Shown: positions 28,015 to 36,965 of the stretch, in pieces
Position numbering within the stretch: position 1 is the stretch's first letter
Layout: each line of letters starts with the position of its first letter
Source of the DNA: a virus
Taxonomy: Duplodnaviria > Caudoviricetes
Reading direction: 5' to 3' (one strand)
DNA length: 59,986 nucleotides
Virus record (IMG/VR): IMGVR_UViG_3300022746_000173
Span: 1-59,986 of that record
Program-made: the position numbers and the translations under genes
The notes under the pieces: model-generated
The model's input: the letters and a program-made list of their open reading frames with translations, nothing else
Told to the model about the DNA's origin: nothing
The model's database searches: none

Positions 28015-28318
28015 TTTGTTTTACCAGTTCTACAACTACACGTAATCTTTCAATTGCATCTGCTACTGCTGAGTTATCGTAATACTTTGCCGCATCGTTT
28101 AATATATTCATGACTGCATTATAATTCTCTAAATTTGTAATCATGGGAAACAAAAACGTGGACCCATCTCCCATGATACTGGCAACAGTACCATGTGGGC
28201 TGCTGACATGAATGTGTGATCCAATGTCTGGCGGTGAAGAAAAGCTAATAGACTTTACACCGGTAACATAATCAATACCGGGCAATTGCATTACGCCGTT
28301 TATGTGAACAGATACCAT
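28007..28318 (-). CDS. Hypothetical protein
   Basis: V.INGV.Q.PG.DY...ISF..PP..G motif, typical of phage tail-associated beta domains. Confidence 0.6.
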   Translation of the reverse strand: MVSVHINGVMQLPGIDYVTGVKSISFSSPPDIGSHIHVSSPHGTVASIMGDGSTFLFPMITNLENYNAVMNILNDAAKYYDNSAVADAIERLRVVVELVKQNG

Positions 28319-28575
28319 TATTCTTTGTATGCTGGGTTAGGAAACTCGAGTTCAAACACATGCCACGTTGACTTGACGCTGCCAGCTGGTGTTGTGTCTT
28401 TGAGTATCTCAAGTGTTCGCATATGTTCTGCTTCTTGTAGTGTTGAATAGAATCCAACGCCTAGTCCGGTGCCGCTACTGTTAGTTGTAGAGTTCACTCC
28501 GCTAAGATACATTCCAGTCATTTTAATAAGCTGGAATATTTTAAAAGTTTTTGGCTGTGCAATAGGTTCCATCAT
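28318..28575 (-). CDS. Hypothetical protein
   Basis: ATGA overlap at 28575. Confidence 0.6.
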   Translation of the reverse strand: MMEPIAQPKTFKIFQLIKMTGMYLSGVNSTTNSSGTGLGVGFYSTLQEAEHMRTLEILKDTTPAGSVKSTWHVFELEFPNPAYKE

Positions 28576-28883
28576 TGCCATCCTAATATACACATTGTCT
28601 TAAACATTTCCCAATCCTCTTCTAATTCAAAGTAAAAACGATTGCTGGTCTCCATCCACCGTCCTTTGCAAGCAGATCCAAGATATCCTCGAATCTGTTC
28701 AGTCTGAGTTCTTGTTGCATCACGATCCCATTCAGTCCAACTACCTCGTAGTGGGTTGGCAAGATTAGCACCACTTACTGGTTTGCTCATAGGCTTATCG
28801 GGCAAGACCCAGTAATTAAATGATTCCAGTTTGTTACCGCTGGAATCAAACTGCTCACACTGTGGATGTGACCCTGATTTCAT
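28572..28883 (-). CDS. Small hypothetical protein
   Basis: CKGRW...FYFELEEDWEMF. Confidence 0.6.
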   Translation of the reverse strand: MKSGSHPQCEQFDSSGNKLESFNYWVLPDKPMSKPVSGANLANPLRGSWTEWDRDATRTQTEQIRGYLGSACKGRWMETSNRFYFELEEDWEMFKTMCILGWQ

Positions 28884-29296
28884 CAGCTGACCTCTGTGCG
28901 CCCATCACCTAGGTCTTTGCGATCCACAACCCTCGGTCTGCCGTCTACCGGTTGATTGGCTTCCCATTGTTCATAGTTTTCCAAAACAACATTTCTACAT
29001 ACATCCTGGAACCAACGGTCAACAATATCTTGGTCGGTCTTGCCTTGATACCCTGCACGTACTAGATTAGTAACAAACTTGTCATTCCAGTCTAGTTCAA
29101 ATGCTCCATTACCGATGTTGTCTGGGTCTAGCTCAACCTGGATTACACTAACCCATGGTTCACCTTTTTCTGTGGCAATATCTTTAGCGGATTTCTTAGA
29201 TGCCTTGGTCTTTGGCATTGGTGGATATTCTTTTGGTTCAGGTAACCGTCCGTCTCCGTTGTCCTTCTTGCCAAATATTTTATCAAATAAACCCAT
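28883..29296 (-). CDS. Hypothetical phage protein
   Basis: AT.KGEPWV.V...G.FELDWN..FV..L...GY.G..D..IVD.WF..VCR. Confidence 0.75.
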   Translation of the reverse strand: MGLFDKIFGKKDNGDGRLPEPKEYPPMPKTKASKKSAKDIATEKGEPWVSVIQVELDPDNIGNGAFELDWNDKFVTNLVRAGYQGKTDQDIVDRWFQDVCRNVVLENYEQWEANQPVDGRPRVVDRKDLGDGRTEVS

Positions 29297-29297
29297 A

Positions 29298-29555
29298 TTA
29301 GTTGTCCCTTAATCCTTTTAACATCATAATTATTCCTTCATGACGATGATACCACCGATCTTCGTAAATAGGCTCACCAGGACCTGTAATAACACGCCGC
29401 CCGCGAATGGCAACACCCCATACTAACCGCTGAGATTCATAACACCTGCGTGGTATAATACTAGTTTTATATTCGAACGTAGCACGATCATTAAATGGAT
29501 CGTACGATTGAACATTACCCATACCAAATCCTAAATATTCATCCGGGGGCTGCAT
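29298..29555 (-). CDS. Hypothetical protein
   Basis: Coupled ORF; PRRC..S...ITGPGEP. Confidence 0.6.
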   Translation of the reverse strand: MQPPDEYLGFGMGNVQSYDPFNDRATFEYKTSIIPRRCYESQRLVWGVAIRGRRVITGPGEPIYEDRWYHRHEGIIMMLKGLRDN

Positions 29556-29746
29556 TACTTCTTTCTAAACACGTTAACAATGCCCATGGCAATGAACAGT
29601 GTAGATTCGATCAACCAAGACCAGCTGGTAGTTAATACAGTAACCACAATACTTATAAACATAGCTGCCATGTATATAACAACTGGCGCAAAGGCAATTA
29701 TTAATGCCCAATTCACTATTTGTTGCAAATCAACTGTGAAGGTCAT
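29555..29746 (-). CDS. Small membrane protein
   Basis: Hydrophobic; ATGA overlap with the queE stop. Confidence 0.55.
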   Translation of the reverse strand: MTFTVDLQQIVNWALIIAFAPVVIYMAAMFISIVVTVLTTSWSWLIESTLFIAMGIVNVFRKK

Positions 29747-30600
29747 TTGCCCCATCCATTTCCCCACAAGTCAACATGTAGTCGCGGGCTATAGTTGTAT
29801 CCTTTGCTTAGTGCCCAGTCTGCTACCTTTACGCGATTAGCTGCGTAAGGAGTAACAACGCCACCTTGCGGCATTACATATACTGGACCATTAAAGCCAA
29901 CAGCACGATATTGCTTAACTGCCTTATCTACTTCTTCGAAGTGTTGTTCTGTTTCCACAACAAACTTCAAGTATGTAAAGCCGTAGTCTTGATACATTCG
30001 TACAATCTCTGGGCGAATTGCTTCTTCCCATGCTTCGCCCGACGCACTTAGCTTAGGGCTTACACTAAACGTAACTTCGTTACCAGCAATGTCGCCCCAC
30101 TCGAGTAAGTAGTCAATGAACTTACCTTGCAGAGTTTGTGTACCATTTGTTTCAAATGTAATGTTACGCAAGTCTCCCATACGTTCGTGGCTCAATAGTT
30201 CTGTGTATGCACGTTGCCAACCTAGCAACGGCTCACCACCTGTAATAACCAAATGTACATCGTTGCCGTTGTCTTGTACCCAGTGTTTGTTGGGAGTTAA
30301 CGCCAACATCTGATCCACTAGGTCTTTGGTCTCAACTGTTGGACTTAGTTCTTTAAATGCTGGATGCCAACTTGCGTAGCTGTCGCAGCCTGTATTAACT
30401 AGTGGTAAGCTAAGAAAGTCTTTGTAAAGATGTACATTCTTTGCCACTTCGTCGGCCTCTGTACTTTTCTCACCCGGCGCACAACCAAAACCGGAACACG
30501 TAAAGTTACAACCGAATGTTCGAAGAAACACACTCGGTACGCCCACAAAACGGCCCTCACCTTGAGCGGAATAAAATAGTTCACTTACTTTTAATTTCAT
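29743..30600 (-). CDS. queE: 7-carboxy-7-deazaguanine synthase (radical SAM)
   Basis: ELFYSAQGEG..VG.PSVFLR..GCN..C..(insert)..CDS, VITGGEP, ETNGT, SPKL, PRLH..LWG. Confidence 0.93.
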   Translation of the reverse strand: MKLKVSELFYSAQGEGRFVGVPSVFLRTFGCNFTCSGFGCAPGEKSTEADEVAKNVHLYKDFLSLPLVNTGCDSYASWHPAFKELSPTVETKDLVDQMLALTPNKHWVQDNGNDVHLVITGGEPLLGWQRAYTELLSHERMGDLRNITFETNGTQTLQGKFIDYLLEWGDIAGNEVTFSVSPKLSASGEAWEEAIRPEIVRMYQDYGFTYLKFVVETEQHFEEVDKAVKQYRAVGFNGPVYVMPQGGVVTPYAANRVKVADWALSKGYNYSPRLHVDLWGNGWGK

Positions 30601-31244
30601 GCAAATAGGTCCTCGTTCCATTCACGGTGACCTTCACGGTACGCCATGTTACTCATTGTTTCACGCACTTCAACACGATAGCACCACAGGCGTTCTGCTT
30701 CATGTGGGCCCCACATCTCTGGAATGTAAACGCCGTTTACATATTTGTAAAGCATATCGCTAAGTGCTTCGCAACCCAATGCAGGCAAAACTACAATCTT
30801 GGCCATGTTTTTTTCTTGCAGCAGTTTAAATGTTTCCATTTCTGGGTCATCTTGTGCAACAATCAACGTATGGTCGAATTGGTCTTCCAATGTTTTCTTT
30901 AGTTCCTTGAGTCCGCCGTAGTCAGCGGCCCAGTTACGCACGTCTAGGTCATTGGTTCCAAAGTAGAACTTCATGCTAAACGCATATCCATGGATTAGAT
31001 TACAATGACTGTCTGCACGCCACTGGCGGTATGCGACTGGAAAGGCATTGTGATATTCTTTTGTACTTGTATATTGATATGAAATTGCTGGACGATAATT
31101 AAGATAACCTTCGTATTCTTTTCGCATTGCGGCCTCTACTTCTTCAGTAGCATCTATGCCTATGTTTTTTAAACCTTCGACCGCTTCGGTTGAGATTTCT
31201 ACGGTGTTTTTCTTTCGCCAGTCTTCGTATGAGTATTTTGACAT
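30597..31244 (-). CDS. queD: 6-carboxy-5,6,7,8-tetrahydropterin synthase with ~50-aa N-terminal extension
   Basis: CNLIHGY, DYG.LK, FDH, CE.L, VEVRET; adjacent to queE. Confidence 0.9.
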   Translation of the reverse strand: MSKYSYEDWRKKNTVEISTEAVEGLKNIGIDATEEVEAAMRKEYEGYLNYRPAISYQYTSTKEYHNAFPVAYRQWRADSHCNLIHGYAFSMKFYFGTNDLDVRNWAADYGGLKELKKTLEDQFDHTLIVAQDDPEMETFKLLQEKNMAKIVVLPALGCEALSDMLYKYVNGVYIPEMWGPHEAERLWCYRVEVRETMSNMAYREGHREWNEDLFA

Positions 31245-31253
31245 GCTTATTCT

Positions 31254-31315
31254 CCTATGTTAATTTTAGCATAGGCAGCAGAGTTTGTATAGCGGGATGA
31301 TGCTCGAAGGCCGCT
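31254..31315 (-). ncRNA. preQ1-I-like riboswitch candidate with a downstream SD-sequestering hairpin
   Basis: AGCGG-CCUUCGAGCAUCAUC-CCGCU-AUACAAA-CUC: 5-bp P1, loop GAG able to pair with 3' CUC, A-rich linker; then a CCUAUG/CAUAGG hairpin covering AGG of the queD SD. Confidence 0.65.
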
Positions 31316-31342
31316 GTGTAGTTGAGTATGTATTTATTTAGA

Positions 31343-31666
31343 TCAGTAGTGCCAGGCATTGAGTTCTTTTAAGTTATGTCTTACTACATACTCATTAAAC
31401 TTTAAGAGGAACACGCTGGCTGTACTGGCGTCTTTGCCTAGAAAGTGCAGCCGAACATTGTTTGTTCCGTCTTGCATGTAATGACATGGTTTACTGTTGT
31501 ATGATACATAAGGCTTTTCTATTCGTGTGCCTCTGTAAGAAAATTCTTCTTTATGCCCAACCTGACCTTCAATTAACCTGTACCATTCAATTATGTCGTT
31601 GGTTAATTCAGTAATGTCTATAGTGATGCCATAGGCAACAGTACATCCCGGGGGTAATGCAATCAT
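31343..31666 (-). CDS. Hypothetical protein
   Basis: ATGA overlap at 31666; RLHF....A.VFLLKF. Confidence 0.65.
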   Translation of the reverse strand: MIALPPGCTVAYGITIDITELTNDIIEWYRLIEGQVGHKEEFSYRGTRIEKPYVSYNSKPCHYMQDGTNNVRLHFLGKDASTASVFLLKFNEYVVRHNLKELNAWHY

Positions 31667-32127
31667 TTTGTTTTTGCTTTTTGTGCTAGATAAAGTTCGT
31701 GGCGTACCCAATGGTTATTGACCAAGAATCCCCAGTTTTGTTTTTGTGGACCCGGCATAAACAATGTCCAACATTCAACGTCTGGGTCTAATTCAATACG
31801 ATGAAAACTGTGTGCAGGTGCGGTACGGAAACTGCCTGCACTACGCCACACAGAGATTTCCCCAATCTTAAGACCCTGCTTATTGAACTGTGGAATCCAC
31901 TCCCAATAACCACCTTTGATGATTAGGGTAGCGTAAGGCCATGGATGATCGTGCACATCATCGGGGTCGCTTTTTAAGAACTTGTGTAAGAATACATTAA
32001 ACGGAAAACGTTTACGGTCTTTAAGAAACAAGTAGTAGCGTTCAAGGTATGGTTCGTTGTTGATACGATCCATGATAACCAGTTTACGGCCCATTTTATC
32101 GAGCAACTTGAGAAACCATTTAACCAT
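31663..32127 (-). CDS. Cupin-fold protein
   Basis: HDHPW...GGYWE...HRI...WTLF..G....WGF. Confidence 0.75.
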   Translation of the reverse strand: MVKWFLKLLDKMGRKLVIMDRINNEPYLERYYLFLKDRKRFPFNVFLHKFLKSDPDDVHDHPWPYATLIIKGGYWEWIPQFNKQGLKIGEISVWRSAGSFRTAPAHSFHRIELDPDVECWTLFMPGPQKQNWGFLVNNHWVRHELYLAQKAKTK

Positions 32128-33318
32128 TTATAACTCCTGAGTATAAAGAATACTGTTGATTGATTGTAACATATAAAGTTTACCTGTACTACTGTTCTGG
32201 TAAACAATGCCGCTATCAACACTCCATGTAAAGCCCGGATAGTATCCTGCCTGCTCTGCCATTTCGGTAAACCGTGATTGCTTGTAGGTTGTGAACTGTC
32301 CGTTTTGCAATTGGTACAACCGTGCCTGTAAGTTTGCACCACTGATGTAAACTGTAGTGACTCCTGCAACATTCATGACATGGTAGTGATAAAGACTACG
32401 CACATCTGATTCGATTGTGTAGGAGTATGCATATTGTCCATGCCCGTTGTTTAACCACACTTCTCGGCGTCCGTGTATGTTGTCTGTTGTGCTGTTGAAC
32501 ACAAAGACAAAGTCTTTGGCACCGTCGTTGTTTATGTCTATACTGATACTGTCTGCTAAGTCTGTTGTTGTGGGGTCTTGGCTAGCAAAAGGTGTAGATG
32601 ACAGCAAGTTTAAATTACTGTCATATGTGTGCAGGATATTACTGTTGCCATTTACTATGGTAATGGTACCATTGGCTTCGTGATTGACACTACACACAGC
32701 ACCTGCCGACACTGCGTTGCTATATGTGAACGATCGGTTGCCATTGTTGATGTACAATCCCCCATCTGCTGCTCCGGTATAAACGCCACGTACTAATACG
32801 TCTGGTAACCCATCGTTGTTGATGTCATCAACACAGGCACCGTGACTGTCAACTAGCTCGGGTAAGATTTGTTGAACAAACTGCCCGGGTTGGTTCCAAA
32901 AGATCATACTGTGAACTTGGCAACCCGAAACACATCCGTCATTGAACCCCGGAACAAATATGTCATTGCGTCCATCGCCGTTGAAGTCCTTGATAAAGAG
33001 CCGCTGGCTACCACTGTATGTGGTTACAGGCAGAATTTCTGCTGTCTTGTCGGTCATTGTGCCGTTGACATTTTGTACCAGTACCTTAATATCAGTGTCG
33101 TGACCGGGCCCACTCCACCCACCAATGACAACGTCATCAAGCCCGTCGCCATTTAAGTCTCCTACTGCCATGTTCTTAACTGAGCTTTGCCCTGTTAAAT
33201 TGGCCACAGTGTGTAAACTGCTAACTGCACTCGTAACGGAAGGGCTACTAGAGCCCCCGCCACCTCCGCCGCATGCGGTTAATACTAAAGTTAACAAAAG
33301 TACTAGAATGTGTTTCAT
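32128..33318 (-). CDS. Lipoprotein with FG-GAP/VCBS-type repeats
   Basis: Signal peptide with lipobox LTAC and G/S linker; four D[LFI]N.DG..D repeats. Confidence 0.85.
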   Translation of the reverse strand: MKHILVLLLTLVLTACGGGGGGSSSPSVTSAVSSLHTVANLTGQSSVKNMAVGDLNGDGLDDVVIGGWSGPGHDTDIKVLVQNVNGTMTDKTAEILPVTTYSGSQRLFIKDFNGDGRNDIFVPGFNDGCVSGCQVHSMIFWNQPGQFVQQILPELVDSHGACVDDINNDGLPDVLVRGVYTGAADGGLYINNGNRSFTYSNAVSAGAVCSVNHEANGTITIVNGNSNILHTYDSNLNLLSSTPFASQDPTTTDLADSISIDINNDGAKDFVFVFNSTTDNIHGRREVWLNNGHGQYAYSYTIESDVRSLYHYHVMNVAGVTTVYISGANLQARLYQLQNGQFTTYKQSRFTEMAEQAGYYPGFTWSVDSGIVYQNSSTGKLYMLQSINSILYTQEL

Positions 33319-33342
33319 GCACACATTATAGCACCTTTTGGA

Positions 33343-34047
33343 TTAACGTGGTGCAAACTCTTGTTGCAGCTTGATATTATCGAAAAATTCCTTCTTAACG
33401 CTGGCATCTGTTTTAAATGCACCTTGAAGGACGGTAGTCTGCGTAAGACTGCTGTGTGCCATAATGCCACGATTCTCACAGCATCCATGTACAGCTTGAA
33501 TGTAGACTGCTACGTTTTCGCTGTCGGTGGCCTTGCTTATTTCCCTAGCAATATCGTTGCACAACTCTTCCTGGAGAGTCCCGCGACGAGCACACCACTG
33601 AGCAATACGAGTGTACTTAGACAAACCAATAAGTTTTTGTGCGGCGATGATGCCAATGTAAGCGACACCACTAACGGGCTGATGATGGTGACTGCACATA
33701 GAGCGCAACTCACTACGTACCACCAACATACCTTCGTAGCGGTCTTCGCTGTCGTTTGGAAAAGCTGTTGCGTCTGGTGCTGCTTCATATCTACCTGCCA
33801 TAATTTCGTTGTAGTACATTTTAGCAAGACGTCTTGCTGTGCCTTTGCTGTTGGGGTCAGTCTCGCGATCGATCAACAGTGCATCAAGTACACCTTCAAA
33901 CGCCACTGTTGCTTCTTCAATAAGATAGTTCTTATTGAAGTCGTCTGTAATGTATTCGCTGATGTTATCACCTGCCCAAAAGCGTTTGTTATCTCTTTTC
34001 ATATTTTCGCGAATAACTTGCGATAGGTTTTTACTCTTTTCTGTCAT
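33343..34047 (-). CDS. folE: GTP cyclohydrolase I
   Basis: T..R.AK, SMCSHH, IGLSK..R, LQE, H.C...RG, EFF; ATG 34047 after AAGGA. Confidence 0.95.
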   Translation of the reverse strand: MTEKSKNLSQVIRENMKRDNKRFWAGDNISEYITDDFNKNYLIEEATVAFEGVLDALLIDRETDPNSKGTARRLAKMYYNEIMAGRYEAAPDATAFPNDSEDRYEGMLVVRSELRSMCSHHHQPVSGVAYIGIIAAQKLIGLSKYTRIAQWCARRGTLQEELCNDIAREISKATDSENVAVYIQAVHGCCENRGIMAHSSLTQTTVLQGAFKTDASVKKEFFDNIKLQQEFAPR

Positions 34048-34048
34048 T

Positions 34049-34657
34049 TTAATCCTTAATAGTAATGTCTCGTAAGTCCGGGTAACCAACTGAAACAGGC
34101 TTTGGTTTAAGTTCCTTAATGCCGTTAAGCAAGGCAAGACCTTGTACTGCTTCTTCTGGTGTAGGCTTATAGTGATACCCAATTGTAAATGTCTTTTGAG
34201 TCTCCCATGGACTAATGGTTAAATCTCTGCCATCGTAGCGCATACGGATCAACGACTCGTATGCTTGTTTGTCATCTAACAGTATAGCACCACCACGGCC
34301 TATATGTAAAGGTTTAGTATGACCAAAACTCAAACACTGCATCATTCCCGTCCGATACATGTTTTCTTCTAGCCGTCTAGCACTGTCCCAAATACGTGTA
34401 CCTTCAAACTTGTATTCGCCGATCCATTGTTGTCTGTGTGCCAATGTATCTGGGTAATAGTCGTATTTGATTCCCAACTTGTGCATGGTCATTGGAATGC
34501 TTAGGTAGGTATAAGGTGTAAAGGTACACTGTGTAATCTTATCATGTCGTAAACATAATTCAATTGCATGTGTGCAGCAGTCAGTCATAACTGCATATGG
34601 TGCACCTGTGAACTCTGCTAGTGCAAGTTCAAATCTTTTAATATCGTCGAATGTCAT
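34049..34657 (-). CDS. Short DegT-family PLP-dependent protein
   Basis: FE..LA...GA.YAV..D.CT.A, WDSA, SF...K....GRGG, GY.Y; only 202 aa. Confidence 0.8.
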   Translation of the reverse strand: MTFDDIKRFELALAEFTGAPYAVMTDCCTHAIELCLRHDKITQCTFTPYTYLSIPMTMHKLGIKYDYYPDTLAHRQQWIGEYKFEGTRIWDSARRLEENMYRTGMMQCLSFGHTKPLHIGRGGAILLDDKQAYESLIRMRYDGRDLTISPWETQKTFTIGYHYKPTPEEAVQGLALLNGIKELKPKPVSVGYPDLRDITIKD

Positions 34658-35303
34658 TGTGTAACCTGTTAATCATTTCTTGAGTTTTGTCTGTTTTAAT
34701 TCCTGTTATTTGGAATGTGACTCTTGGGTGGTATCCAGCATTGGCGGTGGAATGCGGCATGTTTTGCCAGTCAAACGTAATAACATCTCCTGCACGCCAT
34801 TGGCTCCAATTGTAGTTGCCAAACTGATAGAACTGTCCCATTTGCCAATCAGTGAGTGCAATAAAAATACGCATAACACTATCAGGTTGGTCCGGAGCCC
34901 ATTTGTCTAACTTGTCTATATGTAAGTTCCATAGCTCTCCGGGCAGTTGAACATGTATGCGATTCATACAGTCTTTGAGACCAAATTCATCACTGAGTTG
35001 CTGTAACGAATCAGGAATGTCCCAGTTTAGATGTGTAATGATCATGTCTGTTGGAATGCCCGCACGTTCTAGGTCTAATTCTTCGGCAGCAAGATCACTA
35101 GTGGGCCCGGCAAGGTCTTTGCCTTTGTAACCACGTGTAGCCCATGTTGCTGGTTTAGCATTAGCAACAATATCGCGTAGGTCTTTATTCCATGTTGTAG
35201 CAACACACCCTAGATGATGTATTGCATAAGATGATATATCTGTTACTGTTGGATCAAAGTGGTAGTTGCTTTTTTCCTGGGCCAATTCCCAATTACTTTT
35301 CAT
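34638..35303 (-). CDS. Fe(II)/2-oxoglutarate dioxygenase-like (DSBH) protein
   Basis: HxD (LHID), distal H (PHSTANAG) and R.T..ITG. Confidence 0.7.
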   Translation of the reverse strand: MKSNWELAQEKSNYHFDPTVTDISSYAIHHLGCVATTWNKDLRDIVANAKPATWATRGYKGKDLAGPTSDLAAEELDLERAGIPTDMIITHLNWDIPDSLQQLSDEFGLKDCMNRIHVQLPGELWNLHIDKLDKWAPDQPDSVMRIFIALTDWQMGQFYQFGNYNWSQWRAGDVITFDWQNMPHSTANAGYHPRVTFQITGIKTDKTQEMINRLHNDIRRY

Positions 35304-35923
35304 ATTACTGTTACTCTAATATCAGACTGTCCGTAATCCTGATAGTATTCGGAACTGGGCAGCTGAATGTTTAGTATATTGCACAGCATTTGATTTGTCA
35401 AAGGTATTTTCCCCATATGTCGCAACATAGAGTTGGTGATGCCTTGGTTCTGTTCTTTAATACGAATAGCCATGGTTTTTAAATCTACGTAGTGTTGATC
35501 GTACTTTGGATACGTGATATCAAAGTGTCCACACTTTACCCACCAACCAAGGCAAGCATCGTCCGGCCTGTGTACCAACACAACAGGGCACTCGGGCCAT
35601 TGTTCTTTGATGTATTCGATATTATGTTGGTGACTGAATATATGGCTCTTGATTATTCGTATACCCGATCCGCTAAATGGAGCATCGAATAGTTCTTCTG
35701 CTTTTCTTTTGGTCAGCACACTTAGGCTCTGTGGCAAGGAAAATTCCATACCTGGATCAAAGTATGCACCTAGGTGCATTAAATCCATTGTGCCACTGGC
35801 ATCGTGATAGTAAAGCCTATCCTGTTTGTAGTCACTTTGGTCTATACTGGGACTAAAGTAAATGTTCTTAACTACACTACTCCACTTAGATCCAGGCGCA
35901 CCTGCCACAAATATGTATTTCAC
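35300..35923 (-). CDS. P-loop/sulfotransferase-like protein (paralog of 37682-38266)
   Basis: GAPGSKWS, IKSH, V.R, WW...G.F...YP.Y. Confidence 0.55.
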   Translation of the reverse strand: MKYIFVAGAPGSKWSSVVKNIYFSPSIDQSDYKQDRLYYHDASGTMDLMHLGAYFDPGMEFSLPQSLSVLTKRKAEELFDAPFSGSGIRIIKSHIFSHQHNIEYIKEQWPECPVVLVHRPDDACLGWWVKCGHFDITYPKYDQHYVDLKTMAIRIKEQNQGITNSMLRHMGKIPLTNQMLCNILNIQLPSSEYYQDYGQSDIRVTVI

Positions 35924-36888
35924 TTTTTGCTTTCTGCTGCGATGATCTTGTCACCAATTGGAATCCAAATACTACGCAAGTGCTCAATATGTTGTGCAAG
36001 CCCTTTAGGGGTTAATTCGGACTGCTCAACAAAGATAAAATTGTCCTTGTAAAACTGTTGTACTTCTGCTGTCTTGATTGCCGCAGCAAAGGCCTTTTGG
36101 TACCAGTCTACAATTTCCTTAGGAGTATCAGGCGGCAAGCTCAATGCCCATGCAGCAAACACGTTGATGTATTGTCCGCCAACTCGGTATGGTTCTGCAT
36201 CTAGTCCTGCAATACGTTTATCCCCGCTGATGCCAATTAGTTTAACACGCCCTGCATCCAATAACGGTTTAGCAATGGCCACAGGCATGATACCAAATTC
36301 CATACCTGCATCACTGGCCACAGCGGTAACAGCTTGCAATGGGCCTTGGTGCTGTGCGTACTTTACTAGTTCTCTGTTACCCCGACTCTTGTCCATAATG
36401 TATTCAAACGTCATGCGATGTGCGCCTGCGCCAACTGCAAAGGTAATTGGCTTGTCGGTATTACGCAGTAGTTCGTTTAGTTCTTTCGGTGTATTGACTT
36501 TAGATGTAGGGTTAGCAACAATGGCCATTGGACTTTTGCCCATGCCTATTACATTGGTGATTGAGTTGTATTGCCATTTCTTTAGGTCTTTTTGCCATAT
36601 GTCGTTTGTAACAAACGTACCCATATAACTTGGAATACTAATAGTGTGTCCATCGGGTTCTGCTGCTGCCAATGCATTGGTTGCCAATACACTGTCTGCA
36701 CCTGGCTTTAGTTCAACAATGAACTTGACGTCAGGGTTTGCTAATTGCACTTGTTTAGCAAGTACGCGAAACCCTACTTCGTTTCCTGATCCGGGTTGGA
36801 ATCCGATTAGTACGTTAACTGGTTTGGTGGGTTGCCATGCAAACGCCAAAGCGGGGATTAGAGCCAGAATGGCCAAGAGTTTTTTCAT
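35920..36888 (-). CDS. Bug/TctC family periplasmic solute-binding protein
   Basis: Signal peptide; W.P.KPV.++.F.PG.G.E...R, KPGA, PDGHT, P..TP..+V. Confidence 0.85.
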   Translation of the reverse strand: MKKLLAILALIPALAFAWQPTKPVNVLIGFQPGSGNEVGFRVLAKQVQLANPDVKFIVELKPGADSVLATNALAAAEPDGHTISIPSYMGTFVTNDIWQKDLKKWQYNSITNVIGMGKSPMAIVANPTSKVNTPKELNELLRNTDKPITFAVGAGAHRMTFEYIMDKSRGNRELVKYAQHQGPLQAVTAVASDAGMEFGIMPVAIAKPLLDAGRVKLIGISGDKRIAGLDAEPYRVGGQYINVFAAWALSLPPDTPKEIVDWYQKAFAAAIKTAEVQQFYKDNFIFVEQSELTPKGLAQHIEHLRSIWIPIGDKIIAAESKK

Positions 36889-36965
36889 GAGTGTGTCCTT
36901 TGATTAAATACTTATAGAAAATTTTGCATATCGCAAAAATATTTATCAATAACGGAAAATTTTTA

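Noticed and set aside
33250-33275. GC-rich low-complexity tract
   Set aside because: Encodes the Gly/Ser linker after the lipobox; not a separate repeat element
33310-34026. 238-aa plus-strand ORF
   Set aside because: Antisense to folE; no recognisable motif
29743-34047. Interpreting folE/queD/queE as ordinary tRNA queuosine or folate auxiliary genes
   Set aside because: Not excluded, but less favoured: no queC, queF or queA in the window, and a DpdL-like and atypical TGT-fold gene lie next to the replication genes
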